A stretch of DNA of 64,000 nucleotides from the NCBI RefSeq assembly GCF_018977255.1, contig NW_024704742.1:65722001-65786000 (forward strand), written 5' to 3'. Positions 11,545 through 25,614 of this stretch are shown piece after piece. Source of the DNA: Callorhinchus milii (Eukaryota). A model generated the notes under the pieces. That model saw only the letters and a list, made by a program, of their open reading frames with translations. It made no database searches and was not told where the DNA came from. Both the position numbers and the translations under genes were made by a program. The first letter of the stretch is position 1, and each line of letters begins with the position of its first letter.

Positions 11545-12400
11545 CTACGTCGACCAAGCCCTCCTCCTCCACTGTCTCACCTTGCATGGTTCGAGTCCTG
11601 GGTCGAGTTAACCAACCGCCTGTCTCTGTGCAATGTCATCTGCAGACAATGGGGTAAAACTCCACATGTATGCGGATGACACACAGATCTACTTTGCCTC
11701 CTCCAGTACCAACTCCAGATCTGCTGATGTTCTATCAGCGTGTCTGGCAGACATCAGAGCCTGGATGAGTGTTAACTTCCTGCAGCTGAATATGGACAAG
11801 ATGGAAGCCATACTCTTTGGCTCCCTTCAACGTCTTCACACCTGTGGATCTAAACTGCTCAACCTCCCTGGTCTCTCCCTCAGACTCACCGAACCAGTGC
11901 GCAATCTAGGCCTCCGGTTCGACCCCAACTGTCCTTTGTCCCTGACCAGGACTGCCTTCTTCCACCTCCGCCACATTGCCACCTCCGACTGTACCTAACC
12001 CCAAATGCAGCCGAAAACCTTGTGCGTGCGTTTGTCACCTCCCACCTGGATTCTCAGACGCACTCCTCGCCGGTCTCCCCAGCTCCACCATTCACAAAAT
12101 CCACCTCATTCAGAACTCTGCTGCCCTCATACTGACCCAGAACAAACTCTGTAACCACATCTCACCAAGTCTGGCCAGGCTCACTGGCTCCTCATCACCA
12201 AACTGATCCTCACACTCACGTTCAAATACATTCACTCACTGGCACCCTCCTTCAAGTCCCGTCTGAAAACTTTCCTGTTTGACTGCTTACGGCCACCTCC
12301 CCCTCCCCCCGGCTCGGAGTCAGGCTCTGCTCCTGTTAAGCGCTCTGAGACACTACCCTGCATGGAGGGCGCTATATAAGTGCAAGTTCTTGTTGTTGTT
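11545..12400 (+). mobile_element. Degenerate L2 LINE with RT motif (duplicated at about 29695-30550)
   Basis: YADDTQIY...WMSVNFLQLN...VRNLG motifs, frameshifted, ttg tail. Confidence 0.88.
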
Positions 12401-13007
12401 CCTCTTTCAGGTGCTGACTGTCCTGCGATTTGTGTTATTATTAAAAGGTGACACAAATTGTTACAGGAGCTCACCGCAGTTCATTTCCGTCGAGACAACA
12501 TAGAGAACTAATTTGTGATATATCTTAACAGATATCACAACAAGGGATCTGCCCTGTGCCAAATGGGATTCCTGACAACAAATACTTTATGCTGTGGGAG
12601 CTCACTCTGGTACATTTCCTGTCTCTCAGGAATTCTGAAGGGACTCCTTATGGTTACAGGAAGGAGCTGACTCGTGTTTGGTTCCACCGCATCATGCAGA
12701 CATCCAGTGCCTCAAACCAATGATGGTCATGATGTGTCAGCCAAAAGATGAATGTCAGCAAGCTATTCCATCATGAGGAGAGGGAGAAAGAGAGGAACTC
12801 ATCCAAAGCCATTTGTGAGCTTTGGGATTCCTTATTATGGAATTCCATTAATAAATACTGAAAATTAGGCCTATAATTTTTCTCTCCTACCTGGCGAGTG
12901 GGACTAATTGGTAACTGGACAAAGAGTCGGCACAGGCAAAATGGGCTGAATGGCCTCCTTCTGTGCTGTAGGATTCTATGATTTTAAGACTGAATGCTGT
13001 CTCTCAC

Positions 13008-13180
13008 CTGTCTGGCTGTAAGTAGTGTTTCATCAACTTCCTTCTTTAATTCCCCATTATCGTCCAGCTCCCCTTTCTCCAGAGCATCCAGCCAGCGCTG
13101 TTCCTCATCCTCTTCCCGACCTGGAAGACTTTCCAAATCCACATCAGGAAGGGGTGATGGATCCAAGTTGCTCTCCTCGT
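13008..13180 (-). CDS. INO80B: INO80B penultimate coding exon (present only in copy A)
   Basis: (D)EESNLDPSPL...EEQRWLDALEKGELDDNGELKKEVDETLLTARQ; AG acceptor, gtgag donor; phase 0 joins the last exon. Confidence 0.95.
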
Positions 13181-14193
13181 CTTTTTTGAAAAAAAAGAAA
13201 GGGTATTTTAAAAGCTCAATTTCACAATTATTTTCTCTCCTGTTCTGCTGTCTGTGAAGGAGCTGAATCATGCTGGAGTTTGGTACCACCGGCTCCTGCA
13301 GATCTCCACTGCCTTAACCAACCAAGTAGTGCTCAAACCAGTGCTTATCGAAATTCAAATGACCAACTAGAATCTATCCTCCTGGGGCTGGCCCTGAGCG
13401 TGGAGGTAAGCAAGGTCTCCCTGAAGCTGAGCTAGCTCCAAGCAGACCTTGCTGGCTTCGGTTCCTCTGTTCTCGGGTTCCAGACTCCACCTTGGCTGAC
13501 CAGAATGGCTGGTTTATTCTGGCCGCTCCTTTTGACCCAGGCTGGACAGAACGGTTAATTCCATTAGGGCTAAACCTTTGAATCTAACATCTGTGCCAGC
13601 AACATCCTATAAACTGCAGAGACGGGTAGTCAATTAATTTGTACTTGGATCTGAATGTGGAGGAATGTAAAAATCTGGAGACCCAGAGAAAGTCTCCATG
13701 TTTTGTTCTGAACCTTCCCAGATGCATGATTTCGATCAGAAATTCACTGAGTGTAGAATCACAGGTACCTGTTCTCTATGTCCAGCTCACTGAAGTACAA
13801 GTTGTTTCTGTACACAACTCTTTCAAGACAGCCAGCTTGAAAGAATTCTTGCAGATACCAGAAATGCCCTCCCTCCCCACTCACAAATTCTGCCTAAAGA
13901 CCTTCCTTTTCGATCGTGCTTACAATCACCTCCCCCCCACCTCTTCCCCCGACTTCGTGTCATACTCCGCCAATGTCAAGTGCTCCGGGATGCTGCATTG
14001 CATGAGGGGCACTATATAAATGCAAGTTGTTGGTAAAGTAATATATAAATGTACAGATCAAAATAAATACAAGATTAAGTGAACCTGGCACATTTTGAAA
14101 ACTTGGCTGGAATTAATTTCAGGTCAGAAAGAAGATCTGTTCAAAATGCAATTCCTGTCACTAACCTACAGGTTTGACTTCATCTCATGAAGT

Positions 14194-14552
14194 GGAGTCC
14201 TGTAGCTCCGTGGTTAGAGCACTCGCCTCGCAAGCGAGAGACCTGGGTTCTATTCCCGGCGGGGCAAAATGTTGGGCAAGTTTCCTTACTCCGCACGCCT
14301 CTTTTACCTAGCAGTAAGTAGGTTGTTAGTCGATTGGCGGATCAATTTCCAGAGATAATAATTCCTCAAAAAAGTAATAATAATTTGGTCATTTAAACCA
14401 CGACTATTTGTGGGACATTGCTGTGCGCAATTGGCTGCCCCATTTTGCCCACAAATATACAGTCAATTCACTTTATAGTATATTCTGTGAAGCTCTTTGA
14501 GATGTCTCGAAGACGTGAAAAGCGCTAAATCAAATGCAAGGATTATTATTAT
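14194..14552 (+). mobile_element. Full-length tRNA-derived SINE with L2-type tail
   Basis: A box tagctccgtgg, B box ggttctattcc, core tttgtgggaca...caattggctg, tail aatgcaaggattattatt; many copies in the window. Confidence 0.88.
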
Positions 14553-14582
14553 CTCATATCCTCCAGAGGCAGCTATATTGTG

Positions 14583-14905
14583 CAGGTTGTCCACAAAGTC
14601 CTGTTACCCCCGTGCGTGTGTGTGTTCTTTTACACAGTGACCAACAACTGAAACATGGGGAAGAATGATGATAATTGTTTTTAGAAGTACTTAACTGTAT
14701 TTCCAACTGTCCAGCGCCTTGGGACGTCCTCCCGACGTGAAAGGCGCTCTATAAATGAAATCTTGTTGTTGTTGTTGTATTCAGTACTAGTGCTTAACTG
14801 TATTTAGACCCTCTTAAAGGATCAGTGTTTGTGAGCGCTATCATTTCGAGGGCAGATAATAATCGATCACCATGTTTGGTGTGACATCTTCTGTAACATG
14901 ATGGC
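14583..14905 (+). mobile_element. Truncated Tc1/mariner-like MITE containing an inserted L2 tail (about 14701-14778)
   Basis: Homologous to 50617-50968 and 37649-37978; right TIR missing. Confidence 0.7.
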
Positions 14906-15797
14906 CTCGCTCCCTCCCTCCCTTCCCTCCCTCACCCTGACCATTTCCCCCTTGCTCCCTCCCTCCCTTCCCTCCCCTCACCCTGACCATTTCCCCCATC
15001 GCTCCCTCCCCTCACCCTGACCATTTCCCCCTCCTCGCCCCCTCCATTCCCTCCCCTCACCCTGACCATCTCCCCCCTCCTCGCTCCCTCCCTTCCCTCC
15101 CCTCACCCTGACCATTTCCCCCCTCCTCGCCCCCTCCCTTCCCTCTCCTCACCCTGACCATTTCCCCCCTCCTCGCTCCCCTCCTCCCTTCCCTCCCCTC
15201 ACCCTGACCCATTTCCCCATCGCTCCCTCCCCTCACCCTGACCATTTCCCCCTCCTCGCCCCTCCATTCCCTCCCCTCACCCTGACCATCTCCCCCTCCT
15301 CGCTCCCTCCCTTCCCTCCCCTCACCCTGACCATTTCCCCCCTCCTCGCCCCCTCCCTTCCCTCTCCTCACCCTGACCATTTCCCCCCTCCTCGCTCCCC
15401 TCCTCCCTTCCCTCCCCTCACCCTGACCATTTCCCCCCTCCTCGCCCCTCCTTCCCTCCCCTCACCCTGACCATTCCCCCCTCGCTCCCTCCCCTCACCC
15501 TGACCATTTCCCCCCTCCTCGCCCCCTCCCTTCCCTCCCCTCACCCTGACCATTTCCCCCCTCCTCGCTCCTCCCTTCCTCCCCTCACCCTGACCATTTC
15601 CCCCCTCGCTCCCTCCCTCACCCTGTCCATTCCCCCTCCTCGCTCCCTCCCCTCACCCTGACCACTTCCCCCTCCTCGCTCCCTCCCTCACCCTGACCAT
15701 TTCCCCCCCCAATGCTCGTGTCCCGACCCAACTGTCCAGTGCCTTGGGTCGTCCTCCCGGAGTGAAAGGCGCTCTATAAATGAAATTTTGTTGTTGT
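14906..15797 (+). repeat. Pyrimidine-rich minisatellite derived from the L2 3' tail, followed by the rest of the tail
   Basis: About 20 variable units of ccctcccctcaccctgaccatttcccccctcctcgc; a single unit occurs in L2 tails at about 35700 and 30620. Confidence 0.9.
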
Positions 15798-16264
15798 ATG
15801 AAATGACTAGATGTTTTGAGTAACTTTATTAAACTGATTGTATTTGTCTCAGCTTTGCAGTGTGTTAGCCAAGAAGCCTAAGTCACTGTGCAGCTAAAAG
15901 TTGACTGAGTTTATGAAGAAAACTGTGTGGAAAAATGCAACAAGATTGTTACAATAATATTCTTGAACAGAATAAGTAAACTGTTCAGAAGATGCTCTTG
16001 TGGCGTTGTCACAAAGGGAAACTAGTAAATCAGTCAGGCTGAGTGACAGACTACTTGATTTGTTTTGTATTAAAATGTCTGTTTAAAATTGTGAATTCAA
16101 TGATGCTCTTTTAATTTTAAGGTAAACAATAACTTCTGAATCCTTGCTTAATTGGTTGGAGGAACTTTTCAGGGGTTTACTTGTTATCAATCGTTTTTAA
16201 TCTGTTATGATTTTGTGTCCAATTGGAGTCTGTGTTCAATGCGTGTCATTTTATTGTTTTTCAG

Positions 16265-19200
16265 CAACAGAGACTGCACAACAGCTCAAAAAGACATCTG
16301 GAGTGCCTTTTCTTGCCAAGGGGAGAGGCTTGGTTAAGAAAATTGATACCACTAGTATGTGTCTTTTGTTTAATAGAACACACCCAAAGTTGCCTAAGTA
16401 AACGGATCGGTTTAGAATTATGGTATATCTATTGACCACATGATAGATATGAAAAATGCTCACCGGAATAGCTTTCTTAATTAAAATCTTAATCCGTGCA
16501 GCAAATGGGTTCCTAAGTGGTGGACTGTAATCATAGAATCTTATAGCACAGAAGGAGGTTATTTGGCCCATCGTGCTAGTGCCTGATCTTTGAAAGAGAT
16601 ACCAACTACACCCACTCCTCCGCTCTTTCCCCATAGCCTTGCAATTTTTTTCCTTTTCAATTCCCTTTTGAAAGTTATTATTGAATCTGCTTCCACCACC
16701 GCTTCAGGCAGTACATTCCAGATTGTAACAACTTGGGGCATAACAGAAATTTCTCCTCATCTCCTTCTGGTTGTTTTCCCAATTATCTTAAATCTTTGTC
16801 CTCTGGTTACAGACTCAACTGCCAGTGGAAACCGTTTCTTCTTATTTATTCTTATCAAAACTTCTCATAATTTGAACACCTCTATTAAATCTCCCCATAG
16901 CCTCTGTGGTCTGGTTCCAGGTTGTAAATTGTTTTTATCTAGACCATGATCCCTCACATGAAGTTTTCTGTCTTTATGATGTAAATTCGTGCATGCTCGC
17001 CCACTGTGCTTTGACTGGTTAAAGCTGGCCAGGTTTGGCCGAATCAGACCATGATTGGATGGACTGTCAAGAGTCCCGTAGTGTTGTGATTAGCACGCTT
17101 GCTCTCACAGGCGAGAGGACCCGGGTAGGGTGAAACCTTAGGCAAGTACTCCACACGCAACATGCAGTCTGTTTTTGGGACACTGTTGCGCAATTGGCTG
17201 TTGTGTTTCTCCCACATAATATCCAGTCAATTCACTTTACAGTATATTCTGTGAAGCACTTTGAGACGTCTCACAGATGTGATAAGCCACTATATCAAAT
17301 GCAAGGATTATTATTATTAAATATGTGTAAGTTATTGTTTTCCTGCTCAACTGTTGCCTTGCCTGGTGATCAGACCATGGTAGGCCAGCCTGGACGAGGA
17401 GTCCAGGAAAGAAATGGTTCACACAAAGCTGAATGGCCTCGAGTAGTGATTTAGGTGGAAGGGCAAAATGTCTGGCTTCATGTATATCAGTTGTAAATGC
17501 TGATTGTAACTTTGCAGCTCCTCTTAAGGGGATTCCAAAGCAAGCTCCATTCCGGAGTCCCACTACTCCCAGCGTATTCAGTCCATCTACCAACAGAACA
17601 CCAATGGCAGGTCGGACACCTTTGCGCAAGGAGAGGGCGTTAAGGTGAGTGTAATTGGTTGTCAGTGTGCATGTGATTTGCCATTGAACCTCTTGATATA
17701 TTTGTGTGTCTTAAAAAAATATTCCTCCTTGACCAGTTTTTTCAAAGTGTTTTTGCAAAGTATCTTGTGTAATAATTTTGATGGCTCCTATTGGGAGTCA
17801 GGAATTATGTTACAACTGATAACCAGACTTGTAACCTCAATTGTCCATCTCCAGAAAACAAATCTCTTTTAAAATATCAAGTGTAGCAATTCTCAGAAAG
17901 TGTGTTATCTTAATCCTTTTACACAAAGTGGTTTTAAAACAGATAGTATGTTAATGTCCTGTATGTCCCTATGTTCTCAAGTGCTCTGGGATGTTACCCT
18001 GCTGTGAGGGGCTCTATATAAATGCAAGTTGTTGTTGTTGAAGGTCACTTTCAATTTAAATGAGTGTAAAGGTTACGACTGTCTTAAAGTTTAAGACAAT
18101 AACTTACATAGATTTACATAGATTGTACAGGACAGAAACACAAGTCTTCATCCACTCCTTACTCCTTCACATACCCTTCTATTTCCTTCTCTTTGGTGTT
18201 GTATATTTTTTATATATATATGTTATGTATTATTTAATGAGATTGCACGTTAAGTACTGATAGCATCAGGATGATTGTTTGGAGTACTTCCATATTATTG
18301 TGAAGTATAGTGTTTAATTTGCTTTGCTTCTCAGCATTTGGTTAGACTGTTGAATAGTAAAATTCAAGTAAATTCACCATTCAATCTGCATTTAAATTAT
18401 TGTGTATTTATAATCAAACCTTGACAAGTTTTCTATTTCAGATGAAGGTTTCCCCAATTCAAAAATAATTACTGCAAAATTGATGTAGATCTGTTGATTC
18501 TTCTAGTTGCTGGACATTTCTGAGCTGGATATGGTTGGTGCTGGTCGGGAAGCAAAGAGGAGAAGGAGACATTAGGTTGGTGTAATCTGACTTCACTTGT
18601 ATATTTGGTGTTTTATTTGTCATCCGAGAGATTCAAGTAGGCAACCACAGCGCGAAACCCAGTCTAATCCTCAACTCTGTATAGTGCAATCCCTGTACAG
18701 ATGCACATGTGTTTTGATGTCATTGCATTTGCCAAATTTATCATGTTTGAATGGTAGGTACAGGGTATTTATATATATATATATATATATAAAAACTGTA
18801 AATGTACAGTTAGCTTGTTGCTGTTTCAGCTGTGAGGTTTCTGTTAGAATCAAGCTATTTTCTTCTGGCTATAAAAGTTCAAAAAATCTTAAAACAATTC
18901 TTAAATACCACTCTGTCACAAATGTGACCCAAACTGGCAAATTAGATCAGAAGCATTTCCGGTTACGACTGTCTTAAAGTTTAAGACAATAACACAGATT
19001 TACATAGATTGTACAGGACAGAAACACAAGTCTTCATCCACTCCTAACTCCTTCAACACCCTTCTATTTCCTTCTCTTTGGTGTGTGTATCTGACTAGTG
19101 GAGGGGAATGTAAGCTGTCTCTAAGGTGATGTGCTTGGCAACAGAATGACAGAATTGAGTGAATTTTCTAGCAGGCTAGGAAGTCAAGTTCTTGAGCAGG

Positions 19201-22200
19201 CTGAGTCCACAGTGCACCAGGGCACTACTAATGATAAACCAACCAATGACTTATCACCAGAACTTGGATAAAAAGCAGGTCACTGGGGATGGGATTCTTC
19301 ACAACTGGATCCTATTAACCCTGCAAACCCAAGACCATAACGAGTGGAGATTGGTCCCAATTGAGCAAGCAGCAGGAAGCTTGCCAGACAGAGCTCTCAA
19401 CGGCAACCTTTGCGGTTTTAGGTGAAGTTTGACCTTAAACTCCAATGCATACTCAGGGTTCCCAAGTTCTGACCCTTGTCAACCTGCGCCTCATACTCTC
19501 CAGAATTGGCAAATACAATTTATATTTATATAGTGCCCTTAATGTCAGGTGAACAGGAAGTTAGGCTTACTCCAGGGAGAGAGTGCTCATTCCACTCCTG
19601 ATACATGGAATACACATCAATGGGTAGATCGCATGCATATGTTTTGTTTAGTTTGGATACTCCCTAAGCATGGTAACGGCTTTACAGACACCTGGCTCCT
19701 ACCCCCAAAAATAACAATTTTAGATAACAGCTTATCCTGAGTTTTAATTTGGAAGCAGAAAAATAGCTTCCAACTACAGACTGAATTTTAGATTTTTCCA
19801 AAATTCTGCACAGTCTTAAGATGTCAAGACAATCACTTTAAGGTAATGATGGTGATCCTGGGATTTCGGGCATCAAAAGCCTTCATTCAACCCTTTGAAA
19901 GAACAAGGCATGTGTGCAATTGGCTGCCATTTTTCGCCCACAAAATACAGTCAATCCACTTTCCAATATATTCTGTGAGCCGTCTTAACCACGTACTAAA
20001 GCGCTATATCATATGCAAGAATTATTTTATCTCTGAGGATACTTTGTAAAAATAAATAAATAATTTCAGAGATAGATGCACATAATTCAGAATGGTCAAT
20101 AGATTTTGTTTTCTCTTTAAAATATAGATGCAGATGTTGCAGAAAAGCCTGCCAAAGAAGAAACTGTTCTGGACAGTGTCACACCAGATTATGCGGTTGG
20201 TCTGGTGTCTACTCAGGTAGGTTAGTTCTGAACTGGAAATCAGATGTGATGCTTCTGGTTTTGATTTGCTTTTAGTTAAGATGAATTGCATCCACTCTCT
20301 ATATGATGACTGACTTACAAACTCTCTAGAACATAAATCAGAGAATTCTTGGCTTCCAAGTTCCAAGAAGATAGGCTGAGACTTGTTAGTCTTGAAAGAA
20401 GACTTCTCTGAAGGCACCTTAAATAGATACTAAATAAGATGTAAATAAGATAAGTAAACTTGGAGGAATGCTTTCAGGTAAATCAAATCGATACGTTTTG
20501 GGAAACAGAAACAGAAAGAATCAAACGGCAGAAGAGGCCTATAATATTAATTTATTTACTGGAAAACAATATGGAATTGCTCAGGTTTTGCGGAATCTTG
20601 TGCAATTGATCTTAACTAAAAATACTATACACAAAATCCATTTGAGTTGGAACAAACTTTCTGTGGCTTCCACATAACCACGTATGTATGTGACTGTTAA
20701 TTTTAGTGGAGATTACTGTCCTCCACAAAAGAGCCAGTGTCCTGTTATAAACAAATCTTAAGTAAATAATACATAACATTTCATTCAAGCTGCTATTTTT
20801 TAAAAAAAGTAATAATTATAACTTGATCACTCAATCCATGACTGTTTGTGGGACACTGTTGTGCGCAATTGGCTGTTGTGTTTCTCCCACATAATATCCA
20901 GTCAATTCACTTTACAGTATATTCTGTGAAGCACTTTGAGACGTCTCACAGATGTGATAAGCCACTATATCAAATGCAAGGATTATTATTATTATAAAGC
21001 ACAAACCAATCCGTGCAAAGGCCTTTAAGAGCTACAAATGATATCTCACATTTTCTTTTCTGTATTCACTTCAGAAACTCGGTGCTTTAAACAATGATAA
21101 TCCACTACCATCTACCAGTTATTTGCCTGCTACACCCAGCATGGTACCATCATCGTCCTACATTCCCAGCTCAGAAACTCCGCAAGGTGAGTTGTGAGAG
21201 ATATTTAACATCCATCGATCTGTGATTTATTGTTTGTTTGTAGAGGGGCATGTAGTAATCTTGCAGATATCTGGGATTGTAGTTTGTTGCTCAAGTAGCA
21301 GAGACTGGGTATGACTGCACAATCGGAAGCAGTTGTTTTGAGACCAACATTAACAATACGGTAGCGAGCCTATTATCCACACGAACGGATCGGCCCCATC
21401 ATGGATGTGGAAACCGAGCGGATAACTGGTCATCGCACAAAATGCAAATTGGCAACAGTGGTAATCAAAGCTTCTTCTATTGCAAGTTAGAGTATCACTA
21501 AATGACCATATTGTGACAAACCCCTCTTTTTGGTTGACTCGATGTGTCTCTGTCTTGCTTTCTGATTGTTTCTGTCTCTGGCATTGTTTTTCAAACTTTC
21601 TCTCTAACATCAGTGTTAAGAGGTTGATGTATACGGAAGTCATTAAAAAAAACTTTTTCCATCACACAGCCAACACGGGTGGATCAGTGAGGGAGGCTTT
21701 ACAGACGAATAGACTATCGGAAGAGTCAACAGCACCTACCTCTGGTCTGCCTGGCCAGTTCAAACAAAGAACGCCCATTTTTAACAGCAGCTCGACTGCA
21801 TCAACTACCTCAGCCACCACCACCACCCCAGCGTCTGCCTCTGTCACTACAACAGCACAGACGCCGCCTGCACAACAGCAGACGCAACAGCAGCAGCAGC
21901 AGCAAACCCCACAGCAGCAGCCGCAAGCGCAGCAACAACAACAACAGGCACAGCCACCGCCACAACAGACACAGCAGCAGCAACAACCTCGGAGGAATCT
22001 TTCACTCACAGTAAGTACAAATTGCACTGACCAACGTTGTGAGTGGGGGAGGAGGGGGAGTTGGATTCTTACTCATTTGTTCATCTGACAAACATCGGAG
22101 GAAAGCGCCCAGTGACACTGTTGCTTTTATGTACTGCGATAGTCATCCCATCGTTTCTCGATCACCATGCGTCTGCATAGAAGACCTCATTTGTTCCTTA

Positions 22201-25200
22201 TAACAACAGTTTTAGGCCAGAATGGTGGCCTACTGTCCAATATCTTACAAACTTCCTTTATTGTATTATTTGGGCACTAGAAGCAACATTGATAAGAAAG
22301 CCTTCAAGCCTTTCACAGTGTGACTTTGTGCTCCAGATACTGTGAGGGAAGTAATGAATTTGTTGCTCGCCGTGCAACTCTTGGACTTGGCCTCGCTGTG
22401 CTGCTCTAAGGGCTGGGTACAGTGCATTACAGTAAAACTCACAAGTCTTATCAGTTGGGACAATAACATTTAATATGATTTATGCAAAGTATGTGTTATG
22501 GCAAACTTGCATAAGTCATATCATGATTCCTCCCTCCATAGGCTGCAGATCATCCAGAACTCTGCAGCCCGTGTCCTCTCCTGCACCAGGCTCTGTGACC
22601 CTATCACCCCATCCACGCCCAACTCCACTGGCTCCCCATCCCAGAGGATGATTTCAAGATCCTCATTCTCACTACAAAGCCATCACAGGCCTCCTCCCCC
22701 CTACCTCTGACCTACTATCCCCCTACCTACCTGCCCGTACCCTCCGTTCCTCCGGCTCCGGTCTGCTCCACATCCCCCGCCCCCCCGCCTACCATCGGTG
22801 GTCGGGCCTTCAGCCTCTCAGCCCCGAGGCTCTGGAACTCTATCCCCCAGTGCCTTCGCCGCTTCCTCCCTTTCCTCCTTCAAGGCCGGTCTCAAGACCT
22901 TTCTCTTTGACTGTGCCTTCAGCTCCTCTCTCGACTCTCTACCCTCTCCTCGCTCCTTCCCTCCCCTCACCCTGACCATGTCCCCCCTGCTCAGGTCCTG
23001 ACCCAACTGTACAGCGCCTTGGGATGTCCTCCCGACGTGAAAGATGCTATACAAATGTAATTTTGTTTTATAACTGATTTATCAATCACTTTTAAGAAAA
23101 TATTAAGTCAGACATAAACCTCAATTCACTCTGCCTGAAAGTATTCATTTCAGGATTTGCCTTGCAAAATTGGAGAATCTGGTACTTCTCCTGATAGGTC
23201 CTTATCATTATGGTTACTTGGGGTATCTGCATTGCCTGATGCCATGATGGCTGGTCAAAACCTGTCTTCTGTAGTTGTTCACTGTTCTATACTGAACATG
23301 CGATCCTTCAGCTACAGACAGTAAGTGCACAATGTGGTGATGGGTCAGGACTTAGCTTCCCGCGATTGTCTCACATGGAGCACTGCGTACGTTGCTTCAA
23401 GGCTGGTAAGTGCACATGAGGTGACTGGTCCTTTTCACTCTCCACATGATCAGGCATTCCGTGCCCCCTAACGCACTACGTGATCAAGTGATGCTCTTCT
23501 CTCCCCCACCACCTGCACGTGTGACAAAGTTGATGTTACGCCCCCGAGAGGGAGGGTGAGGATCTGTGTGCTTGTGCGTTGGGGTGTGCTTGTGCGGTTT
23601 CCCGATTGAGGTAGACGCGGGAAACAAAGCTTTGACCCGACAGCTGCCAAATGCGGTAGGGGTGTTACGAGTTATGCAGTGGTCGAAACAACTGGTGCAT
23701 GTTTAAGTGGATATAATAGGAAATTGAATGTAACTCTGGTTGATGTATGACTTAGGCGATAATATGATTTATACAGAAGACTTGTGTGAGTTTTACTGAA
23801 AAATACTCTAGAGCCAGCCATCCAGCCCGTCTTGTGGGTATCGTCTAGTTACAGAGCAGAATGGTATTGGTGGAGATGTGGAAGTGGGACTTGCTATTCC
23901 ACCCAACTGTGAAGATTAATGTCGTGGGAGAGACAACAAGAGGAAAGTGAGAAGAAACTATTGATTGCTGTGTACATTTGTGCATATATATATCAAAATT
24001 ATTTGGGAGTTTTATGGACATAGTTTCATGTTGTTGATGCTTCGGGAGGGCTATTTAGAAGATGAATGCTCTTTATAAAGCAGGATTTTAGTTTGTAAAA
24101 GAATCACCTGATACGAGGAACGTTACTTTTTATAGTTTTAATTTGATGGCCTCCAGTTGACCTTGTTCATGTTTTTGTTTTCTCTAGAGAGACCAAATGT
24201 ATGCGGCCCAAGAAATGTTCAAAACTGCAAACAAGGTCACTCGACCAGAGAAGGCTCTTATACTTGGATTTATGGCAGGATCTAGAGGTGTGTTGAAACC
24301 TTTTTTTCTTCTCTCACCTTTCCCCTGCTCTCCTATTTCATCACTGCCTTTTCTGAACACTTCCCTAACTGACTCCTCTGTCTGCCCGCTCTGTTCAGCT
24401 AACCACAGATCTGCTGCATATCCCCCCCCCTCCTCTGAGGGATTTTTACACTTCTAACCTCTGAAATTCTGTGATTTTATCCCTCTGCCTTACCCCCTCC
24501 CTTCTACTTATCTTTGCATCCCACCTTAAAACCTACCTCTTCAACACCTGTGGTCACCACCTCTTCCTCTCCCACTTCCTCATTGTGCTGTGAAGCACTC
24601 TGAGACGTCATTGTATGTGAAGGGTGCAATATAAAATTGCTGTACTTTTCCCAGCCCCATTTGGTGATGTGTGGTTCCTCGGGCCTCTACCTTTTGTTCT
24701 TTCCTATTCCTCATCTACGTGTCTTGGTAACGTCATCTGTATGTAGGCAACATCCAACTCTACCTTTCTGCCTCCACCCTCAACTCCAGGAACACTGTTG
24801 TTCTGAAGATGCCTGTCAGACATCAAGCCCTGAACAAACCTTAACTTTTGCCAACTAAACATTGACAAAGCTGAGGCTCTTCTGCTCGGCTCCCATCAAC
24901 AATTGGTCAGTCCAACTCACAGAGGCTGTGCAAAAGTTTGGCATTTTATAAACCTTTCATCTGTGTTCAGATCAAATTGGCCACCTCCATAACCTCATCG
25001 CTGCCGTGCCCTCCACGTAACTAAAATCTTCAGCTTTGTGACCTCTCACCAACCTCCCTAGCTCTGCCTTCCACAAGCTCCTAGATCATCCAGAAAACTT
25101 CCCATACCAGTCTCTGTGAGCTCATCTTTCCCATCCCTGCTAGGCTTCACTGGCTTACTACACCCAGCAGATTGCCTTTAAGATCTCTGATGTTGCCTTC

Positions 25201-25614
25201 AAATGTCTTGCCTCCAAATGCAGCCAATTTGTGCACAGCAGTGTCCCACAAACAGCCATGGAGGCAGTGACCAGTTTTATTTGAGGGAATTGTTGGCCAA
25301 TTGTACTAAGGGTAGTGCTACCTTGGCTGGGATCAGGTAACTTATCACATCAGACCACAGGAATGCCAACCAAGAATGGTTTGTTTAGTTATTCTACACA
25401 GCACTGATTGAATCTGTTTATTTCCCCAGAAAACCCATGTCCAGAGCAGGGCGATATCATTCAAATCAAACTGAGTGAGCACACAGAGCTTTTACCAAAA
25501 GCAGACGGAACGGGCAGCACCACCATGCTGGTGGACACAGTCTTCGAAATGAACTATGCCACAGGCCAGTGGACCAGACTGAAGAAGTACAAGCCGATCA
25601 CAAACGTATCCTGA
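16265..25614 (+). pseudogene. NELFA: NELFA copy B, 5'-truncated and frameshifted as assembled. Exons 16265-16354, 17518-17644, 18507-18575, 20128-20216, 21075-21186, 21670-22010, 24188-24287, 25430-25614
   Basis: Includes upstream exons TETAQQLKKTSGVPFLAKGRGLVKKIDTT and PLKGIPKQAPFRSPTTPSVFSP; earlier exons absent; 1-nt deletions near 17635 and 18567 break the frame. Pseudogene vs sequencing error cannot be resolved from sequence alone. Confidence 0.75.
16531..16900 (-). mobile_element. CR1-clade LINE 3' fragment
   Basis: Minus strand VVTIWNVLPEAVVEADSIITFKREL and cctccttctgtgctataagattctatg tail. Confidence 0.85.

Noticed and set aside
14194..14266. tRNA-like sequence (also at other SINE heads)
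   Set aside because: Continuous with SINE core and tail, and copies are diverged, so these are not tRNA genes
15057..15553. Gly/Glu/Arg-rich minus-strand ORFs
   Set aside because: Translation of the L2-tail minisatellite
14906..15710. Repeat array superficially like CRISPR
   Set aside because: No unique spacers, eukaryotic context, and the unit derives from a LINE tail
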